Shown: positions 35,740-63,439 of the stretch, piece after piece
Layout: each line of letters begins with the position of its first letter
Position numbering within the stretch: position 1 is the first letter of the stretch
Notes under the pieces: generated by a model
Database searches by the model: none
What the model was told of the DNA's origin: nothing
The model's input: the letters and a program-made list of their open reading frames with translations, nothing else
Made by a program: the position numbers and the translations under genes
Source of the DNA: Felis catus
Taxonomy: Eukaryota
NCBI RefSeq assembly: GCF_018350175.1
Contig: NC_058380.1
Coordinates: forward strand, 92,504,001-92,568,000
Reading direction: 5' to 3'
DNA: 64,000 nucleotides

Positions 35740-36700
35740 TGAAATCGGACAACGGCAGCCACCAAGCGGGAGCACGCTTCAGCCCGATCCGCAGCACGGA
35801 GCGCCGTCTACACTCTAATCGTGTGTAACCCCAACCAGCCAAGAGCCACGCAGCTCTGCAGAGCCGGCAGCGGCTACCGGGGCATCAGGCCGCCAACCCC
35901 GCGGCCAGCCCGGCCCCGGCCCTGTTCCTCCCACCGCCTCTCCTGGGCCCCGGCCCGCGGCCTGTCCCCGCCCCAGCCCCGCTCCTCCTACCGCCGCCTC
36001 TCTCCGGACCCGCCGCCCGCGCCCTCACACTCAACCTCCGGCACCGCCGCCGCCAGCGCCACCGCCCCCGACACTTCAGTGGCAGAGCGACAAGAGCGCC
36101 GCGCACCGGAAGTCCCGCCTCCGCGGCCGCGGCCGCAGCGCGGGGCACGCCGGGACGGGGCTGGCTGGCGGGCGGGTGCTGCCCCCGCGCGGCCGCCCTT
36201 GGGACTGCCCGCGACCGTGCGCCGCCGTGTGGTGTTAGCGGCGCCGGACCGCTGCTTCTCGCCGGAGCGTGTGACCTCCGGTATCGCCGAGTCCCGCTTG
36301 CTCGCTTCCGCCTCTGCTAACTGTATTCGGGGCTGTTGGTTTGCAGCCAGTGGGCAAACTTGCCGAGTGCTCAGTGCTGCCGCGCGGCCGGGCCAGTGGG
36401 TAGACAGCCCTGGCGCTCTGACCCCGCGCCCTGAGACCACCTCGGGGGACTTCGGGGCGCCGCCCAGGCCGGGTGGGGCCCGCCTGCAGTTGCGCCTTCT
36501 GCGGGCAGAGCGGGGGTGGGGGCGCCACCCTCGGAGTGCGGGGCGTCTCGGAAGATGAGGAGGAGTCCGCGGGAACGGAGGAGCGTACCTTCCCCTGGTG
36601 GACGGAGCAGGCAGAGCTTCCGGCCCCGGCACAGGGGGAAGGAACCGACGGGACAGCCAGCGTCCCGGGAACCCACCCGCCAGGACCCGGGGCCGCCTGA
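35740..36700 (-). promoter_or_regulatory. SNAPC4: SNAPC4 CpG-island promoter and non-coding first exon region
   Basis: CpG-dense region about 1 kb upstream of the ATG exon (acceptor at 35016). ETS motif CCGGAAGT at 36106-36113 and GC boxes. Confidence 0.65.
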
Positions 36701-38481
36701 CGCTGGAACTCCAGACGCAGAGCTGGATGCCCAACAAATTTAAGCCCTTCACCAGGGAATGCCCCAAACGTACTGTAGGAGCCTGTCTGTGCGCCACGCT
36801 CCTTTATCCAGACCCTCCTCCTGGCCACCCGCCCCCCGTCCCTTCGCCCGACCTTGCGGAGGTGGTACAGGTCTGCGCGGGATGAAGGGCAGGATCAGGA
36901 GTAGGTGGAGCGCACCTGAGGGTCACTCCGGCGGCGTGCTCGGGCCCAGCCTGGCCTGCGGGCGGAGGGAAAGTACACCAGGCTGGTGGTGATCTGCCAC
37001 CCACATCCCCCACCCCCTTAAAACACGGAGCCTGCAGGCATCCTCCCGCCGAGCCCCATTCCTGCTCTCCCTAGCTTTCCCAGGCTGTCGTGGGCACACG
37101 CAGAAGAAAATGGGGTCCTAGCACTTGCCCGCTAGACTGGCCTGTCTGAAGTCTGCTCCGACCACAGAGCCCGGTACCCACTTCTCATCAACAGGCAGGA
37201 ACAGGAGGTGACGGGTGAGGAGGATCAGGGTGTCTTCGGCAGGGACTTCTGCAAAGCTCTTACCCGTAGCCCAGATCGGAGGGTCTAGCAGTTCAAACGT
37301 TATTCAAAAATTCAACCATGTGACCGAAGAATGCCCCAACACTAGAATCCAGCGTGTCCAACTCCGAAACACCCGGCCGTGACGCACATCTAGCGGGCCG
37401 GCCACCTCGGTCAGGCCCGGCAGCAGTGATCGGGGTCTACCCTTGACCCCACAGGCCACGGGACTAACGCTTAATTTGTCAGCACAAATCACCCGTTACG
37501 ACAAGACGCATGCCCTGAAGTCAGAGAACGGTACTAGGTTTCTTAAGCGTAAAGCGGTTAAATTGGAAAAAAAAAAAAGGGACAGTTCGTGAGTTTTACG
37601 GTTTATTAAATAGGAAAGCGGTCCATCTGAACAGGAGAAGAAAAGGAAATTTATTTTAAAAAATAACACCTAGAGAAAAATGGCCAAAAAGGCGTATGGT
37701 GCCCCCCCTACATTGGAAAGCAGCTGGAAAAGCACCCCGGGAGACGTCGCGCTGACCCAGGAAGGCTGCGCACAGCCTCAGTCCCTGAGTTCCAAACTTC
37801 GTTGTACAAGATGCCACTCGAAACGTGTATCAAAACCCTCCAGCCGAAGCAGCTTTTCAAATCCGAAGGCCCACAGATGCGTTTAGATGGTCGCACCCAG
37901 TGGCGCGCCTGTGTGACCTGGGACCCCGCGGAAGGACAGCAGCCAGGCTCGGGTCTCCAACCGTACGAGCCGCCCGTGAGGCCCCAGGAGGGGACTCTGA
38001 GCCAGCCGGGGCACCAAGTGAGGTCACAGAGGCATTAGGGCCTTGGGAGGCGAGCACGGAGCCGCGGCTCACCTACTCCCTCTCCTTACGGAATCGAGGA
38101 CGCTCGAGTGAACTTATCTTACGATCGACATTCTGGAATGACGACGGAAAACACTTATTACAGAACTGCCGTTTTCACGTTTAGTAACTTCAAAAGATCA
38201 CTGGCTTTCACAGAAACGTCTTCTGATAGAGCATCAGTCCACCAAGCCGCAGGAGCTCGCCAGGAAGGGTCGCGTAGAAGCCAAGTGCAGCTCTCCCACG
38301 CGGGGGGCTCCTCACTGCAGCTGGCTGTTAGGGCTGTTTAGGTCACGAAATTAGCGGCACGGTGAGTATTTTTACTACGGCCGAGGACGACGTACTTAAA
38401 GACACAACGGCATTTTCCAACCCGGCGAGCGGCGGCGTCCGGACGTAAGCAGGGCTGCGACCTGGAAGCACCTCAGAGTTC

Positions 38482-41400
38482 TCAAGACTCCTCTTCCTCA
38501 TCTTGAATTTCGGAAATTCTGTCTATGGATTTAAGGATTTCGGCCACAAGATTCAACGTTTCGGCTCCAGAAACCAGCTGCCTGAAACGGAATCGTGGAT
38601 GTTACCGTCCGCCACCACGGCTGGGCAACGTCAGAAGCAACAAAGCAAAGTTCCAGAGTGAAAAGCAGGCTTTGGGTGGGGGGCCCTCTGCCCCAGAGGC
38701 GCCCGCGGTGGGCCTGGCCGCCACCACCCTTGTGGAACTCGGCCCGTGGCACACAGACGGGGACGCGCGGTGGGAGCCACCACGGCGGACCCTTCCCAGG
38801 GGCCTCCCAAGAACCTCTTTTAGGACAAGAGGGAAACGCTGTGACTCGTCCCCATTCAGAACTGTGACATTTCGTGACATTTCGTAGGTGAGGGAGACAG
38901 GACTCCCGTCTGACGTCAGTGCTCGGGTGAACACGGCTATCGCCATCCAGACATTCCAGAGCCCGCCGGTCGGGTGCGCATCGAGTGGCCTCGGGGTTAA
39001 TAGGACCGTCGGGCGCACTTCTGTTCCCCGAGCCCCGTCGTCCGCTGCTCGGGGTGCGGTCATGGCTTGAAGCCCTGCGCTAAGGGACTCCGCCTCCCCG
39101 GGTCACCGCCTCACCCCCGCCTGTGCCGAGGCGCCCTCAGCTCCCCAGCGCTCACTTTATGGAGGAGCGGGCGTTGTTCATGACGACGCGAAGGTTCTGC
39201 AAGGCCACGTCGGTGTTGTGCTTCACTATCGTCAGGCTGGCACCCTGGCCGGACCGCAAGGCCTCATTCTCGCGCCGGAAGTTAGAGACCTGCGCCTGGA
39301 GGGTGGGCGAGAGCGGGAAAGGGCTTTTGCGGCTGCAGAAGAGAGCGCCTGAAAGGCAGTCCAACGAGAACTGACCACGGCACCCTCAGCAGAGGGGGTG
39401 GGGGGGGGGACAGGGCTAGCCCCCGCAAAAGCCACTCTCTGCTGAGGGGGCTCTTAGAGGACACGGGCCTGTCGTGTCCTTCAGTCTGTCCTCAGCGCTC
39501 CTCCACAGGAATGAGAAATTCGGGTCAGCATCCGTGCTGTCCCAGATGACACGGCAAATGCCCACGACCCTCTCGGTGAGCAGAAACCACGGGGCCAGAA
39601 CGACCGGGCTGCTTCTTTCACTTGAGGTGGGGGGGGGGGGTGGGGAAAGCCTGCACGTCCCGAATACAGGGGTTCCCGCTGCTGGGGAGGTCCCCCGGAT
39701 TTGTATCCCTGCCGTTCAATCACCTGCAGCAAGCTTATTTCCTGCTTCAGTTTCAGGATGTGATTTTCCGCCTTTACAGCTCGTTTCTGTCATAAAAACA
39801 AAAACAAGGAGGCGTCGCTAATAAGCAATGTGGTGAGATGCCCTCACGGGGCGGGGGGGGGGGGGTGGGGGTGGGAGCTCCAGCTCGCTCTGCCCAGCAG
39901 GTGGGCCCATTGTGAGGGACCCCTGCTCACCCTGCGCCTCTGTGGGCTGACAACAGAGGGTCACGCCCGGCGCGTCACAGTGCGCCCCCCCCCCCCCGGC
40001 CCCTCGTACTGTCATCAGCTCCAGGTTCTGCTCCACCTGCTGGACCACTGACTCCAGATCTCGGTAGTCACTCTCCTCCTTTATCATTTTTGCTTCCAGC
40101 TTCCGCTCCAGCGTCCTCACCCTTGTGAGACAGAAGACCAAGTCACTGCCAACTCACACATCCGGCTCTCAGAATGCGTCCGAGAGGCACTTAGGTCGGG
40201 CGGGTTAGCTGAAAACCTCGAGAGCCCGCTGCCTCGGCGGGAGCCCCAGAGAGCGTCCCGAGCTGGCTCTCGATCACCAGTTCGGCTGTTCTTATCAAGT
40301 GTGCTCGGTTTGGGTCTAACGTTCAAAATAAACTTTCGTGCAGAACCAGACACGTGTCTGAGGCGGAGGACCTGCACGTGACGAAGGCTAGACTTGGTTC
40401 AACTCTGATCGCTTCGTTACCGATTTACAATGGATTCGGGTGTGAGCAGGCATTTTGAATTGCGGTCCTAACTGAGAGCTTACATACATTTCCGTTTGAG
40501 CTTCAGAGAAGCTCTGAACCTCAGTCAGCTTTCTTCTCAGCTTAGAATTTTCATCTTTCAGCTGCAGAGAAAGAAAACCCTCATTAGAAATTCTGAGTCT
40601 CGGTGTCTCACTCAAAAGGGGTCTGCGTCTCTGTAATTTGGTTCTAGAACTCCCTGATGAACAGAAACGTTCTAGGCAGTCAGCCTCCCGTCCGCTCACG
40701 AAGGAAAAACACAGACGGAAGTGTCTCCTCCGGAAGGCCTCCGGTTACGGACGCCGACTGCGCTCGTGACTCATTTTTAGGGGATGATCCTCTTTAAGAA
40801 ATCTCCTCTAGTCGGAGCACGGCGAGGTGTCCCTGAGCTGCCGCTGGGAGGGGACCCTTTCCGGACGGGAGGCCCTCGGAGAGCCTGAGCCAGACCACAC
40901 CGCACCGCCCTCCACAGTGCTCTTCAGGTGGCACATCACACACGGGATCAGTCAACACGGGGGACCGGTGCACAGGGACTCTAGCAGACGGCCACACCAC
41001 AGACTGTCTTGTCCTCGGAGCCCGAACCCCAGGCCACCGTGGACACCAGGAGCCTCGGGGTCCTCTGCGAGCGTGCTGCTCACGCACGGGTGCCGGCCAG
41101 GGGGCCGCCGTGGGGCCCCCTCACTTACTGCTTCGTAGCTTATCTGCAGCGTCCGCAGGTGCCTGTCTCCCAGAGACTCTCCGGGAGCCGCGAAATCTGT
41201 GCTGGGGCTCCCCGCCGGAGAGGCGCGGGAGTCCGAGTCACTCAGCGTCCACGGGGGCAGGGTCTCGGGCCCCACCAGCTCTGACGGGGTGGAGAAGAAG
41301 GAGACGTATGTGCTGCAGGGCGACGTGCTGGCGGCGCCTCCCAAGGAGCGGGTCTGCTCCACGCTGGACGGCAAGTAGGCCCCGTTCCACCCCTCGTCCT

Positions 41401-43782
41401 CGTCCTCGTCCTCGTCCAGAAGGTCGCCAGCCCCCGTAGGGTCTTCGAAAAACGGCTGCTGGTATTCCAGGCCATACCCCACGGTCTGGGGGGTTGGGGA
41501 GCTGCAGCCAAGTCCCAGTGGGTGCCTCGTGGGTTCCTAAGGAGGATGGCCAGACGCACAGCTCAGACTCAGAAGCCACTGGAGGCCGGTCTTCCGGGGG
41601 GCGCCTGACAGTGGACCGAGAGGCCCACCCGCCTCCCAGGAGAGAGGAGAGCCAGAAAGGGTCCCACCGGCATTGGCTGTGGGCTCCCTTTGCGCCGCCC
41701 CCCGCCCCCGGATCTTGCAGTGTCCCCCACATCGGGAGAGAGATGTCCTCCAGACGCTTCTCTATGTACGGTCGTCGCAAACGACGCCTCGATTTACCTT
41801 TGAGTAAACCCTGCTGTTGGCGGTGTCTTCTCCCGACAGGCCGAGGTTCTTGGTTTTCAGAAACTCTTTGAAGGAGAACGGATTGGCCTCTGCAAGATCT
41901 TCAAGCTTATCATCTGTGACGGTAACGCACGTCACAAATCCAGAAAGTCTCCCAAGACTTGTTAAAAGGGAGCTTCCCTGTTAGTTTCTTTCCAGAACAC
42001 GGCCACATCTAAAATCAGGACTGCCACCCTCGTCACCCCACCAGAACTCAGCGAATGCTAAGAAATGAGAAACCTAGCCAATAATGCAGACCTGCGTCCA
42101 CATTCTGAGTTCTCTTTCCCCCTGGTCCCTGCACCTTACTGCCCACGGCAATCACCTGGGGGTCTTTACAAGGACAACTCACCTCCATCCCCACACAGCC
42201 GAGTTAGTTGGCCTGGGGCACCACCTGCGCCGGGGGCCATCAGTTCCAAAGGTGCAGCCAAATTGGGGGTCACTGCCCCCCACCCCTTCCCCTGCTCACT
42301 CATCCCCTCTTCCCTGCTCTCTTCTCGGCCTCTCTCTCGCTCTCCTGGCCCCTAACCAGCCACCCTGTGACCCTTTCAGTCCACGATCATCAGAGCCCAG
42401 GTGCCAACTTTGTGTGATGCTGACTCCTGTTGCCCCTAGCGCTTGCTGCCTCTTCAGACCCCTTTAGCGTGACTCCCCACGTCTGTCATCCTGCATGTCC
42501 CGGCTTCCCCTGTCCTTGTACCCTCTTTCCTTCTACCCTAGGATCACGACGGACTCTGTCGGTCTCCACCCCCACCTGGTCTTTCAGACTCCAGGCACAA
42601 AGTTATATGCTGTCAAACGGACAACTCATCATTGGCCACGTGCTTGGCATTTTGTGTCGGGCAGAGAGAAAAAGAAAGGATCTTGTCTAACTACCCTACC
42701 TCCAAAATGTGTCTCCTGGGCTCCTGGCGGACCTTGCTTAGTGCATTTCCCCTTTCCGTAGCCAAAATCTGCAAAGAGACGTCATCACCCTACTGTGGTC
42801 ACCTTTGTGACAGCTTTTTTTTTCAACACGGGGTCTCTACCACAGTGATTCTCACAGCGTGGGTAACGTTTGAAACACAAGCCCCCAGGCTCCTGCCCGC
42901 GGCAGTAGAACCTCTGTGGGCCCTGGCATCTGTGACTCAGAAAAAGCTTCCAGTAGGCTCTGATGAGCAGTGTGGCTGCGCACGTCCACCGTCCGCGGGG
43001 TCTTCTGAATCCTCTCGTGGGTGGCCACTCCTCTCTGAGACCCCAATGGAAGCACCTGAACTCTCACCACTCACCGCAGCCAACAGGCAGCGGAACTGCT
43101 TGGGGGAGAACGAGGCCACTGCCCTTACTGGACGAAGGCACCCTGGCCTTGCGCCCCACCACCTGGAAGGAGGAGATGGCTTGTGGTGCTCCCGCTAGGC
43201 ATACCTCTGTTTCAGCACTTACCACCATCCTACGTTGGAAGTGTCTGTGTTGGGGGGGTGGGGGGGGTTCCCCAAGGCCAGACTGCAAGCTCCTAGCTGG
43301 CTGGGGGCGCTCAGCACTTGCGTGTCCCAGGGGCCAGCGCACGGTGGCACTGAGTGCCCGTCGCTGGGTCGAGGGCAGAGCTAATGCTAACGTGGCGCCG
43401 GCTCGGGGTCCCTGAGGCTTGTCTCTCACCTGTGTCTCCCACGGAAGCTAGCACCGGACTGGGCACATAGCACATAAACGTCGGCCGAATGCCGAAGAAG
43501 TGGGAGTCCAGGTCCCTGCCATGGGGGCGCTCACAGTCTAGCTGGGGGAGACAAGACCGGCGCTCACAGAACGCAGGAGCTGCAATAACATCAACAAGAC
43601 CGATTGGCCGCGCGCTCTGCGCCGCCCGCCTCACCTGGAGCCCGTCCCGGCGGGTCGGGGGCGGCCCCGGGGCCCGGCGGGCTCGGCCCCGCCGTCCCGC
43701 CCGGCCGCTCACCGTCCGGAATGACGAGGCTCCGGGCTCGCGACAGCGGGGGGACGCCAGGGCGGCGCGCGTAGCCGGCCAT
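38482..43782 (-). CDS. ENTR1: Endosome-associated trafficking regulator 1 (SDCCAG3), 10 exons, 433 aa
   Basis: Exons 43782-43713, 43579-43430, 42768-42700, 41913-41798, 41536-41129, 40561-40488, 40121-40010, 39786-39724, 39295-39156, 38581-38482; total 1302 nt. MAGYARRPGVPPLSRARSLVIPD, EANPFSFKEFLKTKN and a C-terminal coiled coil ending LVAEILKSIDRISEIQDEEEES*. PolyA AATAAA on - at 37602-37607 and 37650-37655. Confidence 0.94.
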
Positions 43783-44036
43783 CGTCGCGGGCCCGGCGGC
43801 GCCGGCCCACCCTAACCCGGCAGCGGGGGCTCCATGACCCCGGCTCCGCCCCGGCCGCGGCCCGAGTCCCCCGCCCCCGTCGCCCGCCGCCCGGCCGCCG
43901 CTCCCAGCCTCTCGCAGCGGCTTCCGCTCCCGGCACCGGAAGCGCGCTCCCGAACGCCGGGGGCCGGCGCCGCAGGGGCGGGGCGGTGGGGGCGGCGTCG
44001 GAAGTGACGACAGAAGCCGGGGGGCGGAGACTTAAG

Positions 44037-44044
<8 letters not shown>
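43783..44044. promoter_or_regulatory. Bidirectional CpG-island promoter shared by ENTR1 and PMPCA
   Basis: Divergent ATGs only 254 bp apart. ETS motifs CCGGAAG at 43936-43942 and CGGAAGTG at 43999-44006, GC boxes, and YY1 AAGATGGCGGC at 44034-44044. Confidence 0.8.
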
Positions 44045-53246
<9,202 letters not shown>

Positions 53247-56112
53247 AGGCCGTCGCGGTGCGGCCCGATGTGGGCTGTGGACGGAGCCCGTGTTCGTCCG
53301 TGGGTTTTGGGTGTGAATTTAGTGCAAAGATTCATAAAAGTGCAAACTGGGGGACTCTTCTCTTAAACTCGATCAGATTTAATGTCGCCGAGCACAGCTC
53401 TGCGTCCGTTTCTTCAGGACGGGTAGATCAGGCAGCGGAATAAAGGTCTGTCTGTGTTGCCGCGGCTGGGAACCAGGCGAAGCGAAAGACCGCCGGGGGC
53501 CGGCTGCCGCGGGGAGGCCAGGTGGGCGCCCTGCCCCGTCCCGCGTTCCCAGAGGCGAGCGGCCTCGAGTCCGCGTCAGAGCGACTCCCGGGGTCTGCCG
53601 CGGGGCGTGCTCCTCGGCGCGGCGCTTTCCTTCACCCTCGGTAAGGATGGGGTGGCGAGAGGCCGGGCTCAACCGGCGGCGTCCGGTAACTGGAAGAGCG
53701 TCCCGATTCCCGACGGCACGGCACGAGTGTCGGCGCCCTGGAGGGAGGTGGGGTTTCCTCGAATCGCCGGCCCGTGTGAAGAGCCAGAGCCGCGAGGCTG
53801 GGGAGCGTTCGGTTCCGCGGACGCGCGTGGACGCGTCAGGAGTCGCCCGGCCAGGTGACCCTGGTTATACAGGGTGGCGTTGTGCTTCCCCGACGGGTAC
53901 GCACACGGAGCCCCTGGGCCCCTTGGGGCACCGCCCTCCCAGCCTCTGGGGCACAGAGGGGAGGGAGGGACGCTTCCAGGAAATCAACCCTCAAACGTTC
54001 TTTGGTCATTTAACCTGCTTATTTTTGCTGGAGCCCATCCTCCGCTTTAGATGCCTTCCCTGCGCACTTAGCGGCATCAGGGAGGGTGTGTTTACCCGCT
54101 GGGGTGGAGCCCGGGGGGGGGGGGGGGGCGGGCCCGGTGGGCCAAGGTCCTTGCCTTGCAGACATTCCTGTGGTTACCACCCTGAAGGGGAAGCACAGGG
54201 GGGCAGGGGTGGCGGGCGAGGTCAGCTGGGCTTAGCTGGGGGCAGGGCTCACCGAGAGCCCTCAAGGGGCCGGCCGGAGCCCCCACGGGCCGCACTCAGC
54301 CTCCAACCACAGACCGCTGCGCCCAGACCCAGGGGTCTGCTCGGAAGCTGGCGCCAACCGCCCCTCGCCCCCGAGAGCTCCTTGGCACTGCGCAGCCGCA
54401 GCCCGTCCTCTGGCCCGCGCCAGCAGAGCGCGTGTGGGTCAGACAAACTATCCTCACACCAGATTTCTCAATTCTTTATGAAGCTTGCTTTGCAGAGACT
54501 GGTCCGTGTCAGTTGAATCTATCTGAGTTTTAACCTGGCTCCCAAGTGAAACCCGAGCATCTAAACTCTCCCGGCTGCTCCTAAGTGAATGTCCTGACTT
54601 GGGACCCGGATGTTTGCCGACATCCATCATATCGGTCGGAGACGACGTCTGAGATGATGCATCACACTTGCCTCATTTTCAGGACCCCTTACCGCAAAAA
54701 TCTGCCGGAGGTTTTCAGTTTATTGACTCAAAACTCAACGGAACATTTCTTTGAGCAAAATTTTATCGACAGTGAAGTTTCGTGAAGTCAGGTAGGGTGG
54801 ACGGGCCTCCTCGGTAACCAGAAGTGGGTGTCCCGCACGACGAGTCTGGAAGCCGGTGCTAATAAAGCTGATACACTCTACTTTGGAAGTGGCTTCGCTT
54901 CATCGTGGTTCACGCAGGGCTGAGGTGTTCCTTTCTCCCGGAAAAGCCCCTTTCCAGCCAGCCCGTCTGATGGGGCGGCGGCCGGGGTGGGGGGCAGAGG
55001 GCAGAGGGAGGCGGGTGATGCCGGTACAGCCACAGTCGACACCGAACTTCCTGCCTTTGAACTGGACTTGAAACCTTGTTTTCTGGGAATGTCGTAAGCA
55101 TGGGGTGTGAGCACACGGAGGATCTCTTTCCAGGACTCAATCTTTGGCCAGAAAGAGTTTCAGATTTTATATATGGATTTATTTAAAAATATAAATACGG
55201 AAAAATAAATAACTTTAAAGACTAGACCGAATGCCCCTAGGTTTCCCCACAGTCAAAGCCTATGGTTTTTAAGAGTGATCATGGGCGACACTGGGCTCTG
55301 GGCCCTCTAACACAGGCGGGAACATGGAAGGGGGCCGGCCCGGGCTGGCAAGGTGGTGGCACCCTAAACTTCCAGAGTTTCTCAGGCCAGGAGACACACT
55401 ACTTAACGTCAATGCTGTTTGTAGCCGGCAATACGAAAGCAAATGCTCTCAAGTCACCAAAAACCAGGAGAGGAGAGGGAGATGGTTTCGTGGCTGGAAG
55501 GGCGAGGCCAGCCGCCTGAGATCAGAGGCGACCCCCAACAGGCCAGGCTGCCTCGTCCCTCCCTGGCCTGTTGCAGCAGGACCGGCGTTCTCCCTGGAAG
55601 TCGGCTGCCTTTGACCTGACCGGCCAGGCCTGGGCTCGGTCCTCGTGCGCACTGGTGGGACCGAAGCTCCCAGCTGCCTGACCCAGAGTGCTCCCCCCGA
55701 TTCGGTTACGGGGCCCCTGGACTCGGATGGGGAAGGCACCTCCTGGTCTGCATCTGAGGGGCTGCTGGGGCGCTGCCGACGTCGGCTCTGGGCGCGTCTG
55801 TGCCAGCAGGCAGAACTGCCCGACCCACGCTGGCCTAAGGGACCGTGGGTGTGCTGTGGCCATCTGGGGGCCTGCGCTTGGGGACATGCTGTAAATGAGT
55901 GCAGCCGGCTTCGTGCCGGGCAGGGGACACGGGTGCCTCAGCACCGCCTCACTGGCCTCCTGTTAGGTTCTTGGTGACGAAGCGTGTTGGCCTCGAGAAA
56001 TGGTTAGTCGGCGTCCCAGAAATCTTTCATTCCGCAGTCTCTTCCGACTTCTCCAGGGGGCTGTGGCCACGTGGCCTCCCATGTTGTGGGTGCGAGTGTC
56101 CTCGGGCAAGCC

Positions 56113-60803
<4,691 letters not shown>

Positions 60804-63439
60804 TCAAGAAGTCGAGGTTCGGAGTGGGCAGGCCCAGGGACACCCCTCCCGGGGACGCTGCCGGCCTCGGGCCCCCCGTAACACGGAACCCGTTTGCGGG
60901 AGGCTGCCCAGAGCGGGGGCTCCTGGAGACCCCGCGGGTGGGCACAGGCGCCCCGCTGTGGTCCACCGCCCTCTTGGAAAACCCCCCCGTTCACGATTCT
61001 ATAAACAGCAACACGTGTTCAACGTTTCTGCCACTTCCAGACACGAAGGACTTGAAGGTGACGTCTGGGCTCTTCCGCCGGGGCCCCTTACGGCTCGGTC
61101 CTGGGCCGTGGGCGGCCTGGGGAGACACGCGTCCCGCACCAGGGGCTCGCCTCCGCCTCGGCGCGGCCCCGGAGGCCCCGAAAGCCGCAGGGGGCACGTC
61201 CAGTCTCACGACAACCGACGGTTAGGATCCGTTTCAAGAGCTGACCGGCACAGCACGTGCGGAGCCCCCACGGCACTTTGCCTCGGCTGCAAAGTGCCAC
61301 CTAGCATAGCGACCCCGGGGACCAGGCCACGCGGCAACAGAACCTCAAGAGCGTCGGAGTCCGAGCGTCGCGCGACTTTCACGCGAGATGAAACGTCCGC
61401 ACGGTCTTGTTTTTCAGCCGTGTGGACACCCGGCCGGCAGGCCGCACCAAAGCAGGTGCTGAGACTCGTTCGTGCGCTTGCCCAGCGGCCCGGCGGCTCT
61501 CCCCTGTGCAGGTGGGGGGGCCTGGCCCCCCACCCCCACCCCCGGGCCCCTCTCAGGGGCACCAGGGCGTCCCTTCTCTTCTTGCTGCCTCCGCCTTCCT
61601 TCCAGCTGTCTGGGAGTCCTTCCAGAAGCTTCTTCCAACCCAACTCAAGATCAGACTGCTCCCAGAATGAGCACCCAGGCGATGGCCGTGCGATGTTTGG
61701 CCCTTTTGTCCCCTCGGTCTTCTAATGCTCCAGCCGCCACAGACACTGGTCACCGGTCACCCCCCCCTCGCCATCCAGCCGCTGCAGAAGCCGGTCACTG
61801 GCCCCCGTGCGCGCCCAGGGCCGGGGCGGCTCCATCGAGTCCTGAGTATTGGTCATTTGGAGGCTGGTTAGATTCCACCCCCGTTTCCCGGCAGACACAT
61901 CCCAATAAGCTCCACGGGCGCCCCAGTGAGCCCAAGATCAGTCCACCGGAACGTCACTCGTCGTCAGCTGTCGCCCCGATGACCGTGTGCGAGTGACGGC
62001 TCTTTTAGGGTGCTCTTTCCGGCACTCGGGTGCGGCTGGCTGTTCCTTCCCCGGTCCCTCCTCGTGTCTCGGCGGGCAGGGCCGTCCCTGTCCCGTCTGT
62101 CAGGAGCGAACGGAGGCCGAGGGGTTCGGTGACGTGCCAAGGCCCGGCAGCCGGGCGCCGCGGTGCGGGAGGATGGGGGGCACCCGGCAGCCTGTTCGGC
62201 AGACCGAGCCTGGCTTCCGCCCTTCTCCCCCTGCCCCCCCCGCGCCCCTCCAGGCTGCCTGGCACGCTGTCCCCGCCCGCCTCCGCCTTCGGGCACAGGG
62301 AAGGCGTGTGGCCGTGCCGCCCGGGCCCCGCCACCGCCACCGAGGCTTAGCGCTGCCGTTCGGCAGAGTCCTTGAGAACCCAGCCCAGCCTGGCTGTGTA
62401 ACAGACCACTAGCACTTTCCAGGCTCCCGAGGACCCCTCGCTCCAACTCGCTGAGAAAAGCTTACGTCTCAGTCTTGCAAACAGGAGCCCATTCCTCTGA
62501 AGGGCATCAAGTCAAGAGCAGGGCTCCCAAGCCACGCTGGCCGCTGACACCAGAACGCGGTTCTCAGGAGCTCCCACGAGCGATTCCCACGTCCTCCTCC
62601 CCAGGCCCTGAGGACGGGGATTCGATCACGCCCGGAGGGAGGCCCCCGCTGGCTCACCCCGCTGGGTGGACAACCTCCCTCACGCCCGCAGCCGGGCCCC
62701 CGCTGCCCCGCCACAGGGCGTGATGTCCTCCGGAGCGGCCCCGTCTGCAGGGTGACCGGAAGGCCGCCACGCCAGGGGCCCCGTGCTCTGATCCCCTCCC
62801 GGGTCCGGGGTCGGCCGCTGCACCCGGCTGCTCCTGTGGCCCGGGCGCCCTGCGCCCCACACCGTCCACGTCGCCCGGCCCGTCCACCACGGGCCACGCT
62901 CCGACCTCAGCCAGGTTCTGCCTGTTTACGGACAGCCCACGAGCTGAGAACCGTTCCCACGTTGTCAAAAGAGGAAGAAACCCTGTCACTCTGCGACGTG
63001 GGCAGACCACATAGAATTCCAATTCGTGTCCCCGCGCGAAGTGCTACTGCCACACAGCTGCGGCTGCTGGGGCACACACGGTCTGCGTCTGTTTCCCTGC
63101 TAAACGGCAGAGATGAGCACGGCCGCAGGATGGAGAGACTTACAGAAAAAGTGTGCCGACGCCTGTTCTAGAACCCACCGGAGACGGGGCCTTTAGGCGG
63201 CAGAACTGGGGTGAGGGGTCCCCATCAACCTGTTCGCTGCTTGCCCGAAAACACTGAATTGAGGACCCGATTTTGCGACGCGATTGTCATTTTAGGTCAC
63301 AAGCGCGTCCGCATAAGTCACAAGCAGCCGACACAGGGCGGTGACACCGCGAAGGCACGAAGACACCTCGCTGCCCGCCAGAAACCCGTACAGATTCCGT
63401 CCTGTACAGCTGGGCTCGCCACAGCCCCCTCTCCCGCCC

